A DNA stretch of 45,531 bases from Klebsormidium nitens (GCA_000708835.1 DF236958.1:428694-474224), one strand, 5' to 3'. Shown: positions 20,397 through 33,726, counted from the first letter of the stretch. Notes: generated from the sequence alone by a model not told the origin. Numbers and translations: made by a program.

Positions 20397-23300
20397 ATGG
20401 ACGCAGCGTGGCAAGCCTTACTGGCAGAGGTTTTCATTGTCCACAGATTTCGTAATTTCTTGATGATGTCCGCCACAAGCCGGCTCCAGTTTCTTCCTGC
20501 AGCCTCCTGTGTTTCCTGCTGGCTGCAGCAAACCTGCGCACAAAAGCAAGGCCTTCAATCAGGCAGATCACACTGGTATAGTAGCACTCAAGGGATTAAC
20601 AGGTGGCGAGAGTCAGTGACGCGGGGTGCGCGCTTCAGCTCAGGTGTTGCGGGAGTCACCTGCGCAGCCATGAAGTACAACAACCTAGGATGGTCGGACG
20701 TGAGGGTCTCTGAGGTGAGCATTGGCCTGCTGCATCGACAAAGTACAATGCTGTGGTGGTACAGACTCCCAACCTCCTCACAAGTCTGTGACTACCTTAA
20801 GAAATGCTTGATACAACTTGTAAGACAACTTTGTGATCCAGAACAAGCACAACTAGAATGATGTATGGTGATGTCGCAGCATGGGCTCAAACGCTATGCA
20901 TCAAACCCCCCACGTTTTGATCCTCAAGTTGTCCTGGACATTGCCAGCCAGCGGGGCGACCTGTCTGGAGTGGTGCATTCATCTGACCTTTGATCTTGTT
21001 ATCCTGAAGGCCTGCTTTGGCGTGATGACTTTTGGGAACCAGACGGGGGAGGAGCAGGCACATGAGCTGCTCGACTATGCTCAGTCGCGGGGAGTCAACT
21101 TCTTTGGTGAGAGTACAGTTGGCGCCTGTTGCCTTGAACTTGCGAAGCAGCCCCAATATACGCCGTCAACTCATACAAGTTGCTTTTGCTCTTGATGGTT
21201 GCTCTGCTGCCTCTGTAGGCAGTCTGATTGGGGGCGACAGGCCTACCTTCACAGAGAAACTCGTGTCTCTGAGCGTGGGACAGTACAAGATTGGCTGTGG
21301 AGGCGACGTACTTTAAAAGTTGCTTTGTTCTTGTGGTGACGGTGCAGACACTGCGGAGATGTACAGCGCCCCCATGTCTGAAGAAACTGCGGGCAAGTCC
21401 GAAGAGATCCTGGGCACCTGGCTCAAGCGACAACCACGGGACAAGGCGATTGTGGCAACCAAGGTGAGAAACTTGTGCTGTAGAGATCTGTCCAACAGTC
21501 CATCAACGATCAATGGAATGTCTGAAAGAGACCTTCCGATGCAAAGACTCTTTTGAGCCCCAGCCAATGGTCCAAGGAAGGACTTTTTTCAGCCAGGCCC
21601 CGTTTGAAAGAACTCAATTGCATCCATCAATCTTTTGGCCCAAGGAGATTCGTTTTTCTGTTCCGTCTTGATTGGACAAGCAGGAATGCGACGGGATCAA
21701 AATTGTGGCTCTTCTTTGAGAACGCGGTGTCTTGCAGATTGCTGGTTACACTCCCTCTACCTGGGTGCCTGGCAACCGGAAGGTTCCACGCGATCCAACT
21801 CGGCAACCCGCGCGCCTGGATCGAGACTCTATTTTTGCTGCAATCAAGGGGAGCTTGCGGCGCCTGCAAACTGACTACGTGGATCTGTACCAACTGCATT
21901 GGCCAGACAGGTAGACACGGGGCCAGGCAGTTGGCTGGACCAACATTAATTGTCCCAGACCCCCAAAAGGGATGTAGGCGAACGCACAACAGGAAATGTA
22001 GACAACTATGCCTGCTTGAGCCATCTTACTTGCTAGTACCATGAACAAGTCTTTTCACATTTTATGGACGCATTGAAAATATATTGTTGCGAGAAGACTT
22101 CAGGGCCAATTGCCGTCCAGCCCTGTCAAGCTTGCTTTAAGATAGATAGGGGTGCTCCTTGAATGCGCAGGTACGCACCCATCTTCGGCCAGACTGTTTA
22201 TGACCCGAAGCAGGAGAGGCCGGACGCGGTGCCGTTTGAGGAGACCGTGGAAGCACTGGGAGTCCTGATCAAAGGTGGGCACGCTCGTCGGTGGGTGTCA
22301 TCAGCGGAGTGATCCATGCCGGTAGGCCGTATCCCGCCCGTGATTTTGAGCTCACCTTAACACAAACTAAGGTGGAAGGCACAGTGGCAGCATCAGGCTG
22401 GATTGGGGAGGGCATCTACCTAAGTTGAAGTCGTGAATGTCAGCAATAGAGCGGGCATGATTCTGAGAGGCCACAGTCCAAACGGTTGAAGTCAAGATAC
22501 GACTCCTTAGAACGGCCACAAAGCCCCAGTCAGTCACAACCGATCAGCGAAGCTAGATCTCGTTTACAAGCCATAAACTCGTCACCAAGCTGTGCTCTTC
22601 CCCGAAGTGAAGCCAGGCATCCTGCACGGAGGGGATTAATGCGTCCTTCGGTCGTGCGAGCCGCACTCGGCACAGCCGACGAGTAGCAGGCTCACGTCGC
22701 GTTCTGTTTCACACTTTTTGCAGAGGGCAAGATCCGGCATTGGGGCCTGTCCAACGAGACGACGTTCGGGGTCTGCCAGATGGTGGCAGCCGCAGACAAG
22801 CTGGGCGTGCCGCGCCCCGTCAGCATCCAAAACAGCTTCAGCCTCGTCCACAGGTGCGTGTCGCGCCGCACGCAGCACACAGCGAGGTTGTCGGCTTCCT
22901 AAACCAGGGCTTAAGTCTAAGCGCTGTGGTATATGTTCCGAATTGCCTTCTGGACACAACGCAAGGCCGTTTCGTCGGTTGAATAGTCGTTGTTCCCTTT
23001 TTACTTGTCCTCAGCCGCCTCGATACGAGGCTTCGCAATTTTCATTGAGCAGTTAGCGGCCCGGCCTTTTCTGCGCAGGTCGTTCGAGACGGAGCTGGCG
23101 GAGGCGTGCGCGCCGTCCCACTTCAACATCGGGCTTCTCCCGTGGAGCCCCCTGGCCGGCGGTGAGTGAAAGCAAGTGAAAGGATGACGGCCCGTCTAAC
23201 CATTCTCCATGGTCACCTTTTGACCCGTAAGAAACAGCAGAAAGCTGAGGGACGCGAGTGTGCCTCTAACTCGTGCCTCAAATGCGATTCGGCCAACGAT

Positions 23301-24936
23301 CGCCACGACAGAAGTAGGTCAAAGTCAGGCTTGTACTTTTTTGAACGGGAGGACTCGACCCTTTCTTTCCTGAACCCTCTTTCTCGCCCCTACCCTGTCC
23401 CACGCTTTCAAACTTTCTTACAGTGTCTCGTTCGAAGAACTACTGAGGCACTCTTTCCGCACCCAGAATCCGCCAGCTGTCAGCTGCTCTGCCCGCAGGT
23501 GCTCTGACCGGCAAGTACCTGGACGGCGGCAAGCCGGCGGGGGCCCGTTTCACCGACTTCTCCGACTACATGCGCCGCTTCCAGGCGGACCCCACCATGC
23601 ACGCCGCCCGTCAGTACGCTGAGCTTGCCAAGTCCATAGGTGAGCATAACACCAGGTCCAACCCTTCTCGCTTAACAGAATGCAAAGGCCGGTGTATTTA
23701 AGTTCTCTGGTCCTCACAGCTTCGCTTCTTCAGGGACTTGCCTGATTGACCCGCCTTGCCCCTCGATTTGCTGTTAGCTAAATAAATCTAGGGTCTTGGA
23801 CGTCCGTGCGTGCATGCCCGTTTCGGTTACCCAACAGGGTTCCTTTCGTCCGAGTATTAGGGACAACAAGGTGCCGGAGAAGCTCAGCATAGCACAGTGG
23901 TACGCTTACTATCTAAAGCCTCAGGTTGCGGCTCCGACTCGGCAAAGGCCGTGTTCCTTGCGGTCCTTTCGCAGAGGGGCGAACATAGATTTTTAGTGCG
24001 TTCGCTTAAGGCGACGTTCCGTAAGTTCGAACCCGTCTGCGCGGACCTCAGAAGTGTCAAAAAGTATTTGACTCGGATACTTCGACGCTTTGCAGCAAAG
24101 GTCCTCGGAATCGCCCAGCTATGAGTATTTACCACGAGCTTGCAACTTCGTCAGCTTGTTGAGATGCCGTACATGACGTCTTCAAATCATAACCGACCGC
24201 CAAGTGTGCAATAAGGACAGACTTTCGTTCAGCCCGTCGATCTCTCGCAAGTTTCGCGATCGACGGTAGAGCATACGAGTCACCGGCGACGGCTGACGGT
24301 TCGGCTTTTGCGTCAAGCTTTTTCTGAAACGGAACACCTCCCTCAATCCACCGCTAGAGCGTCGGCGTACGCTGTTGGCACTGTGTTTGACGGAGCGCTT
24401 CTCGTGCAGGCGTGTCCCCCACTGTTCTTGCGCTGGCGTGGTGCAAGTCGCGCTGGTTCGTGGCGTCTACCATCTTTGGGGCCACCTCCATGCAGCAGCT
24501 GCAGGAAGACCTGGGTGAGCCGCTGACGCCCACGCCAGCGTGCGTGCACACTTAGAGTGCTGCCGGAGCAATGGCTTCCGACGTGTTTCTTGCAAGATGC
24601 CTTGATCGCAGAGCCACGCAGCCGCTAGATTGTTTGTTTTCAGATCGAAGTTGGTATGAGCAGACTTGAGAGGCCATCCCGAGCTTACCTTGTTTTCCCG
24701 AAAGGAAATGTGTATCTTTTGGATTCTGAGGTGGCACGAGAGTTGCCGGTCTTCGTTGGTAAGGGAAGGATGGTCAGCACAGTGACGAGTTCCATTCTTA
24801 GCGGTCACCTGCCTTGCTTCTCACCCGGTTCCTTGCTCTGCCCGCAGATGCCTTCGAGGTCGAGCTTTCCGACGAGGCGTTGCAGAAGATTGATGCCATC
24901 CATTTGCAGTCGAAGGACCCGTGCATGACGCTGTAA
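20397..24936 (+). CDS. Aldo-keto reductase, Tas-like, with N-terminal organellar targeting extension. Exons 20397-20714, 21010-21106, 21348-21463, 21738-21910, 22171-22274, 22724-22853, 23079-23161, 23499-23639, 24410-24514, 24848-24936
   Basis: [35 protein letters not shown] (Asp/Tyr), IVATK (Lys), [20 protein letters not shown] (His), [48 protein letters not shown]. All intron phases are consistent. The start codon could be 20397, 20463 or 20466. Confidence 0.95.
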
Positions 24937-26012
24937 TTTATTGAGTCTTCGAACTTGTTAGGCACGCTTGATGAGTAGGCCAGGAACAAACTTCGGCATA
25001 TTGCCGAGAGTTGAGCTGCGCATTGCAGAGCTATAGCAGTTGGACCGCGGGATACCCACATTCCTCTGGGGAGGTATTGCAAGACGTGTTGTGCTAAAAT
25101 AATTGCTCGATGACACAGAGTTTTAGTCCATTGCGAGATCACAAGATGCAATTTTGCCTTGAACATCGAACGATTGACAGTTCCTGCATGACGTCATGCA
25201 CCTATTCAGCTAGAGACAACCATGTTGACCCAATATCACGTGTGGATGTATTGTCGCATATGTCTTTTTGTCGCAGGCCCGCGAGCGGGAAAATCCCATG
25301 AATGTACTACTTAGTCTACGACCTAGTTGACTAGCCGCAGGTGCGGCCGGTCACAGAGCTGTCGTGCTTCTTCGCACGCGCATGATCTGTAAGCAGGAGT
25401 TTGATGTGAGCTTGCCACTGTGCGAATATATTTGCCATACGGCTAATTTAAGTACGATCACGTACATATCGTAGAGCTGGCAGCATTCTGTCGAGCTACA
25501 TATACGAACCGCCATCAACTACATGATTCGAAGCTCAAGTGTACCAAAAATCCGTTGTATACTTCCACGCGCTTCGTCTATTCAGACCATGCCACATACT
25601 CTCGAGCAAAGCCTAGCATGCTTGAAAAACAGCACCCAGGCCCCGAGATGCATTCGGTGCAAGCAGGCACTTGCTATGCTCCTGATAATGTCCACGATTC
25701 CGTCATTTATCCTATGGAATTTTTCCCTTGCATACTCAGAAACTTTCCTACCATGCTACTTTGCGTACCAGACTTTCGTCATCACCTGTTCGTCAGTTTA
25801 CCTTGTCCAGCTTCTCACGACCACTCTACCTAGCTTAGTAAGGCCAAGGCCACAGCAACACGGTACAACCCGAAAACGCTCAAACTCTCCAACGTGCTAA
25901 GATTCAACTCGAAAGATCAACATGCTCTCATGTGATCCAGGGTTGACCATAGAGACCTCCTGCCCCGCTCCTAGACTCTTGATCAAGACCGTCCACGATA
26001 GGCAAGCGGCTT

Positions 26013-27697
26013 CTATGTTGGCTTTACAAACTGGAAGTAGACTCGACCGGACCTTGACATGCGAGCTGGATACACCTGTGGGTATAGTCAAGAACGGGGT
26101 TGCTGGATACCGGTAACTGCTGTGTACTGCACATGTCGTAGGTTGCAAAGCAGCGGTGCGGCTCGCTTGGCTGCTTGAGCTGTCAAAACAAGAGTAGCTG
26201 CCATTCGTCGCGACAGCACAGTGACCGGAACACCGCTTTGCTCTCGACAGAGAACAAATGGGGGACATAGCTATACAAATGTGTCGTACTGTATTGGCTC
26301 ACCTTCGTGTTTTCGCGAGGGGCCTTCTCTTTAATGGTCCCCACAATCCATTGCATCGGCCCGTCTTTGGGGCAGTATTCAAGCACCGTCCCGTCGAGTA
26401 GCGAGAACTTGGAATGACACAACGGGCACTCAATCTGCGGCCCCTTGCCGTCGGCAGCTGTCGTCACCTGGGTCACACAGCAGCACACGCCGCACATGAT
26501 GGAGGAGCGTACACCACAGCTGTCCGAAAATTCACATTGACGGGCTGTGCCATCACTCCAAGGACCAACTTCTTGCCATCTTCCAGCGGATTGTGAGAAG
26601 ATGTCCTCTTACCGGGTTCTGGATTGCACTCGCTGCCCGCTGAAGAGCAACGGGGCAATTGGGGCGAATCTGTTGTCAGATGCAAAAGTAAATGTCCGTT
26701 AAGATTTATGGAGGAGGCTGTGGTGGCGCTAGGCGGTGCTCACCTTCCCTTCAATGACGGGAAACTTGCAGGAGGCGCAATTGGCGTCGATCCCGTACAG
26801 CTCATCTCCGGACTTGATCACCACGTAGCTGAAACGCAAGCCAGTGCGAGGGGTGAGATCAGTATCTTTGCACTTCTGATTGTTTGCACTCCCAAAAGGA
26901 GGCGAAGCTAAGAGACCAATTGTCGGCCTTGCCTATCTAGAATTGGCAAACCCAGCCACTATCTTAGGCGAAGCTGAAACAACTTGTATCGGGGCACGCA
27001 TGGCATTGAGTCGAAAAGGCAAGAAGTGTGCTTAAAGGGTGGTGTACTTATTTGCAAAATACAGGCAAGGTTCCTCACCCCTCTCCTTTATGGATGGTTG
27101 CCTTGTTCGTTCCTTCCTCAACTGACAGCGACGGGGCAACCTGCAAGAAAGTGCTTCTGCTCAAGGGGCCACATCTCTGGTCAGCTGAATGTGACCTTGG
27201 AAGGTTAACATATTCTGCAACACGCGGTGAAGAGAAGGTGCCGAGGCCGCCACTGATGACAAGATAACCAGCAATGAACACAATCTAGGGTACTGAAAGT
27301 GAATGTTTGAGGTGGAAGCTGTTGGAACACCGAATCCGCAGATCACGACACCCTCTGTGACCCCATTGGTTCTTCCGGCGTCGTTCGACTTTGGGACCTG
27401 GGTCATTGACACACTCTTCAGGCTACTCTGCGGGTAGACGGTCGAGATGTGAACGGGCCTCCGCGCTCCACTCACCTCTGTCCAGCCCTCCAAACTCTTC
27501 TCTTTTTGACTGGCTGCCTTTTGTCCCTTTTTGTCAATCTGGCTTTTTAACCGGCCCGTCCTGCCCCAACCCTCCGGGATCTCAGGGGTGCCGGCTGCCC
27601 TTGCGGCCTGGCTTCGGACTGAAGGGTAAGCCCGCCCCTGGCGACGCTGATCATAAGGAAGCAAGGTGCCGAAGAAGCCATTGCGATTGCCCTCTGT
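26013..27697 (-). CDS. Rieske-fold (ferredoxin-type) protein with CxxC/CxxC motifs; 5' end unresolved. Exons 27697-27476, 27140-27079, 26828-26744, 26467-26303, 26075-26013
   Basis: Spliced: ...EKSLEGWTE|VAPSLSVEEGTNKATIHKGEG|YVVIKSGDELYGIDANCASCKFPVIEGK|VTTAADGKGPQIECPLCHSKFSLLDGTVLEYCPKDGPMQWIVGTIKEKAPRENTK|VYPARMSRSGRVYFQFVKPT*. The W-x-x-V start, IDxxC, ECPxxxSxFxLxxG and VYP...G-x-V-Y end all match the Rieske ferredoxin pattern. Phases 0, 2, 0, 0 are consistent. Confidence 0.85.
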
Positions 27698-29076
27698 CTG
27701 CACAACAAAGAGACGCCTCGCTATTCCCGACGGTTGACAGAACCGGTTGGCAGGCCGAACCCACCCCGTAGAGCTTCCTCGCTGCCCTAAACCCCGGGAA
27801 CCATCTGCTTCAGCTGAAACGACGGCACATGCTTCTATCTCTTCACAACATCGTAGGATGGCTGGAATGAGATATACTCATCGCACTGGTGGTGCAATGA
27901 AAGAATCTCTCTTATCAGGCGCGCCAGGAAACAGGCAGACATCATTGGCTGTTTGCTTGTGTCACGTCTCCCGCAGGCAAATTTGACGACAGTTCTCCAC
28001 ATTATATAAATGTCCGGGGTGGTTTCCAATGTACCTTCAATTGGTGTGCTTCAACCTGCTTCAGTCTGTTGTCCAACTTGTTTCCAAATCAGTGCGAGAG
28101 CGATCATATGCGCAGGCAGCCAGCTCAAACAGTGGAAGCTCTCCAAAGTTGAAACAAGTTTCATACTCACTTGTTGAGTTGACGCTGAGCAGCAGTTGAA
28201 CCGTGCCCAGGAAACAGCGCCGGCTGCAGCAGTTGCATTCGCCATTGCAAACGTACAACTGCAGCCTCCGAGCACAGCAGAAATGCGACCAGGCCCCTTC
28301 CAGCTGCAACAAGGAAGCAGAGCAAGGGGTGACGAAGAAAGCACCTGCGCCGCCACGCCTGGGATGGATAGGAGAGCTGGTGCAGCTCCACCGACTTTTG
28401 AAAGCTGCTCAGCGGACATGTCTGCACCTGCGCAGCTCCCACCTTCACGTGGTCAGCCACGTCGACCCAGCTTCTCCACAACCATCCTACGTCGTGACTT
28501 ACTTTCATTTGATTGGTACCTCTTCTCTGCTACCGGTGATTATCAGCCGTCGAAAGTTATCCAGTGTACCAACTTATGGAACTTTGGCGTGCTCCGATGG
28601 CGCTATTATGTGAGAGTGTGCCTCCACCTCTAGTTTGACGATGCGCCATACAGACTCACAAGTCAATATTGTAATTCCAGGTAAAACGTCCTCTGCAAGG
28701 TCAAAGATGTCGTTGATCTCTCTAATTTTTGACGACCAGAAAGAGCTTGCAGACATGAGCAACAGATTTGCATGGATCTGCACACTGTAAGCATGGCAAT
28801 CCGAATGAGCTGAATTTGCCATGTCGAATTTGTGCCAACTAGAGACGGGGTGCATCAGCTGTAAGCATGATCTCCATCCCACAGCTCAACGATCGACGTA
28901 GCTTTGACCAGTAAATGAAGGCAAGTAGAAAATTTGCCATCAACCCAGTTGAAGAGCATCATCAATGTATCCGATAGCTGAATCCGACAAGTTGTGTAAC
29001 CTTATTTCCATATTGTCTCTGTAAGATCTCTATTGTACACCAATCGCGGTCGCACCCTAAGTTTCTTGTTTTCCGA

Positions 29077-32000
29077 TCACCTTTTACTCGTGACATACGT
29101 TACCTTTGCGTTATCAACCAGCCACTCCAACACCTTGTTTCCCTCGAGAATCTCTTGTGCTTGTTCTTTGACTCGCTCCATGTCGAACTCTTGTTCAACA
29201 CCCGCAAACTCTTGCCTTGCGCTCTCGACCTCCCTATCCAACTCCTCCTTGCTGTAGGTTAGATTTTCTAGCTTAAAAACTTCCGCAACTGCTAGCGTTT
29301 TCCTGCAGATGTCCATGATTTGGTCCTTCTGATTCAGCAGATAGTTGTTGACCATCTCTTGACTAGACAACTGCGCGATGCTGTTCCGGTCCAGCTGCCC
29401 CTTCGCCTGCAAACAGAGAGATGCCCGGTTCTACCTCGCGCAAAGAACTCGAAAATCACCTTCTAAATGCAAGAGCTCAAGAAGTCGCTGGAGTGGTCGT
29501 GGGGCACAGGGATCCACTGACGCAACAAAACTTGGAGGCGATATGTCGGTTCAGAAACAGCTTCTTGGCCCATCATTATGAGGTCGAAAGCCCGCGTTGT
29601 TTTGCTTTGAGCAGTCGTGTTGGCGGTTACCTGCAGCTCGAGCAGCTTGCTGGCGTAGATCTGACGGCCCTGCTCTTCCAGCAGCGAGTTCGGCACGTCC
29701 GCATACACCACCTGGCCACGCGGGCAACAAACCGTCTTAGACGAGGCCGACGACTGCCTGCCAGGAGCCGTCGAGAGCCGTGGAACTTGGGCTGTGAGAT
29801 GAGGATAATCGAAGATGCAGTTGCGGCTCAGCTTGTTTTTCTGGGATGGGAACCTATCCGCTTACGGTAAGATCGAGAGCTACAGAGTCAGAGTCGGACG
29901 CGGACCCGTCATGCGGGCTTTGCTGGGACTGCCAGTATCCGCATCTGTAAGTGACACCGCCACAGTAGATCACGAACAGCATCTCGAAGTACCCAAGGGC
30001 AGGCGACCCTTCTGTCCAACTGAGCGTTCAAGAGCTGAGAATCTCCACAGAGAGAAGCATTCGCAGCCTGCGGGGCAGTACCTGGCCGAGCGCGTCGGTG
30101 ACGGCCTGCTGCGTCTTGAACTTCTTCTTGAGCCGCGCCGCTTCCTGGGCCGCTGCCAAAAAGCCTTCCCGGGCCTGCAAGCAGGAGCAACGGTCGCGGT
30201 GGGACACGTGAGCGACAGGCAAGGACAGACAGACGGGGCCGAGCGTGCGAACTTCTTATCCCGTGCGGAATCTTATCTCGTGGTGAAACGCAGGACGAGC
30301 AGGACGAACCGAGATGGGCTGCGTTACAATTGGGACCACCGAAAGTTGTCAAAGCGGACCTACAGGTTTTGAACTCGACCAGCGAGGGTTAGAAAAAAAA
30401 CACGATACTTATCTATCTCATCAAACCACATGTACGTTCCCACCGAGGTGTGAAGCCGTCTCTGTATTGCTTGATTAAAAGCACACCCTGACATCCGCAA
30501 ACTCTTGTAGCTCGCAACAAGTTTGCATACCGGGATCTTGCTGTAGTATTTGACAAAGGTGACACACGAAAGCGCTAAACATGGTCAGCGGGCATCACGT
30601 GCCCCAAAACTCAATATGAAAACATCAGAGTACAGGCCAAGGAAGGGACGCTCTGCAAGGTGATGCGCACCTCGGCGAGGGTCTTGGCCCCCGGGTACAG
30701 CTGGTCCGCTGTTTCATCCGTGAGCGGCGGTAGGTCCCGGTTGAAGATCTCCTTCACGTCTACCTGAACCACCACCGCAGGGCGGCCGTCAGCACAGCCG
30801 TCGTCCGCCTAATAGTTCGCCAAATGGCCCCGAAACGAAGCGAAGCAGTCCAAATTCTATAATGCAGACCGTCAGATCTTGGCTCTGACAAAAAGCCGTG
30901 ATCGCTTTCATCTTCTCAACAAGTGATGCACTATCAATGCCCGCTAAGGCTACTTGGAGAAGTGGGTTGCCAACAAGTCCAGCCAATGCCCAAAACGAAG
31001 AGCTGTTTGTCTCTTGAAGACGGCTGCTTCGCTGGTACGTGAACAACACATTTCCCAGTTCCTGCTCGGTGGCGGCCTCACCGAGAAGCGCGCCTTGACG
31101 CCCCGCAGCGACTCTTGCTGCCAGGTGTCCGGGAAGACGAGGTCGAAGGCCTTGGCCTGCCCGGCCTCCAGGCCCAGCACCGCCTCCACGAAGCCGGGCA
31201 GCAAAAAAGCGCCCTCCTCCGTGTCCAGCTGGAAACCTGGGGGAAGCGCACAGCAACGAGGGGCTGGGCACTCGACAAATGGGAAGCGCAGGGCGGACCA
31301 GAGTGCAAAATGCGGGTTTCGGAGCTAGAAGTGGAACGGCTCACAGCGGCTTGAACCATTCCACGCGACTCGACACCGTGAATGCTCAAGGAGCAACATG
31401 GACGACGGACAACACATTGACCATGGCGGCAACTATGCCCAGCTTCCAACAACAGGGGTTAACGAGCTTCTTCAAGTTGTGGGAATGAGCTCAGGCTTTA
31501 CCTTTCTGCGTTGCTGATAGGATCTCTTCCCCCACGTTCCCATCCGCATCCAGCCTCTTTGCCGCAACATCAATCAGTGCGACGTTGCCCTGATCGATCC
31601 CTCCCCCCTGCTTGATCTTGAGCGACCCAAGGTCTTTGTGGCGAGCCCGGAAATTCGCGTCAGCATCGTGCGCAATGGTATCCTCATCATCGATCTCCAC
31701 CGTCACCTCCAGTCCCGCATACGCACGCGGGGTCTTCCAAACCAGGTCCGGTGCAACGTCTACCACAACATCGTAACTGCACCCAGGACACAGCGAGATG
31801 CAGCTGGTAAAAGGCATTTAGGGGAGATCTAAGCTCTCAACGTGGCAGTACTGGAGGTGGGATAATGGATGACCCCTTGTATGGACACCTGCCTCCTCGG
31901 TGGACAAACAGGGTGCACATAACAAGATTAAACGGGGTATTGTGTTGATGCACAAGGTTGTAAGAGAAAACGAGTGTAAGAGGGGCAATCGAACCGCAGG

Positions 32001-33600
32001 GGAACTGATAGTGGGCCCTCACACAAGCTCTTTCTTTGGGTCGAATGCCGCCACCATGTCATCGAACTTGGTGGTGATGTGCTCAGACTCCTTCAACGCT
32101 CGGTTGGCCACAGACTGCAACGCCTTTGGGATGGTGGTTTTCAACAGCGCCTCAACAGTGGAGGCTTTTACCTGCACAAAGGACGGAAGTCAGGACTGAC
32201 GAATCGTAATCACGAACCACACTCTGCAAGAATTGCATTCCAATCCAGGTCCCACGGCCCTGTGCACTCCTGAAGTTTAAACGTTGCGTTGACCTGTTCT
32301 TAGAACCGGGTCACGCTAGAATATTGGATTACCAAGTAAGCAACTTGATCCACACTGAAGAGTTGCATTAGCGAACTGCTACCATTCCAGCAAAAGGTTG
32401 AGGGTTGAGCCGCAGCATTCAGTGGATTGAGCAGAATGGTTGTACTCACCTGCGTTTCACCTATGTGGTTCACAAGCAGCGGCACTGGGATCTTGTCGGT
32501 TGGTCGGTAGCCATTAATCTGGACAGCAACGACCCCGTTTTTGTAAGTAGAAGTCAGGGATCTCAACCCTGCTGTCACGTCTGAGTAGAGAAGGGCGTAC
32601 AGGCTGACCCCTGCCCTGAGAAGGCTCCGTCCCTCTAGAATTGCCTTTTGACAATGTGATCAGAATTGGTACGCACGCCAGTGAGCACTCACCTTCACCT
32701 TCTTCTTAAACTCCCTGAGGACCAGCTCGTATGCATCCTGACACGACTTCTGTGGGACTGTGACATTCAATAGTACCTGCACGAAGCAGGGCATGCACAC
32801 TGGAGACCAAAGGCAGCAGTGACCGGTTGTGTGCAACCACCCACTCCATCGAGCATGCTGAGTAAGTCCTGGCTGGCTTGCTTCAGTCTTCAGGGAGTGA
32901 TGAATGCGCACCACCTCGTAAAGTTGATAGTGGATGAAGGACCCGACGAGACCAATTGTTCCTCAACTTGGGGGTCTGATTGACTTCCGGTTTACAACAC
33001 ATCAATTGCTGACCATCATGGCCATACTGGTCCATCAGAACACAATTGGTCTTCATCAAGTGGTAATGGTGCTAGAACAAAAAGCACCACTACTGTATCG
33101 AGTTGCTATGGGTGTGGATCATCTGCCTTCTTCTGTCCTGTGCTAGTGGCCAAACCTGATGATCCGCCAAGCTGTCGCCGTCGATGAGTTAGTCGGCTAA
33201 TTTTTGCCCACATTGTCCCAGCAATTCTTGGAGAGGCCCTCCCACTAACTTTTAGCAGATTGAGAATCTTTTAGAAGCTCACCCTGGATTGTGGTTGTTG
33301 CACTTCTCTCACGACCAGCTCGTTTGCCTGTCCTTTCTGACTGACACCGTGGCTGGCTCTGGCAGATATCCTCTGATCCACCGGTGCTCTCCGCAACAAC
33401 GTTCTTGAGACATTCTGCACGAGCGCCGACCTCTCCCCAAGAAAAGACGAGTTCCTCTTGTGCAATTTTGAGGATGACAGCAGGCGGCTGCAGCATTGGG
33501 GCGGAGCCAGCAGTTTCGAGGCTTCAGACGTGACATTCCTGGCACACTGAGTGAGGCACTTCGGCTGCAAAGCCGCATTCCTCACGAGCTGAGACGCCAT
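29077..33600 (-). CDS. TIG: Plastid trigger factor (548 aa, transit peptide). Exons 33600-33283, 32776-32693, 32518-32450, 32171-32023, 31776-31502, 31236-31082, 30763-30671, 30174-30082, 29711-29631, 29406-29077
   Basis: Ser/Arg/Ala-rich N-terminus. Ribosome-binding region VKINGYRPTDKIP (a GFRxGxxP variant), YDVVVDVAPD, FKBP-like GFQLDTEEGAFLLPGFVEAVLGLEAGQAKAFDLVFPDTW, DVKEIFNRDLPPLTD, and C-terminal ERVKEQAQEILEGNKVLEWLVDNAKV. The ten exons sum to 1647 nt in frame. Confidence 0.95.
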
Positions 33601-33726
33601 TGCGTCTTTCCTAACTCACAGAATCTCTTCGCAACCCCGTACACTTTAATTTCAGTGCCACCCGCTTGCATGGGCTATCCTGCTGCAATGCCAACTATCC
33701 TAGCTAGAGGGCTGAAATTCCAGGCA

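Noticed and set aside
27786-27794. CCCTAAA plant-telomere-like heptamer
   Set aside because: Single isolated copy, expected by chance.
28030-28900. Overlapping ORFs on both strands between the Rieske-like and trigger factor genes
   Set aside because: In-frame stops, no coherent exon chain and no known motif. May be UTR or a decayed gene.
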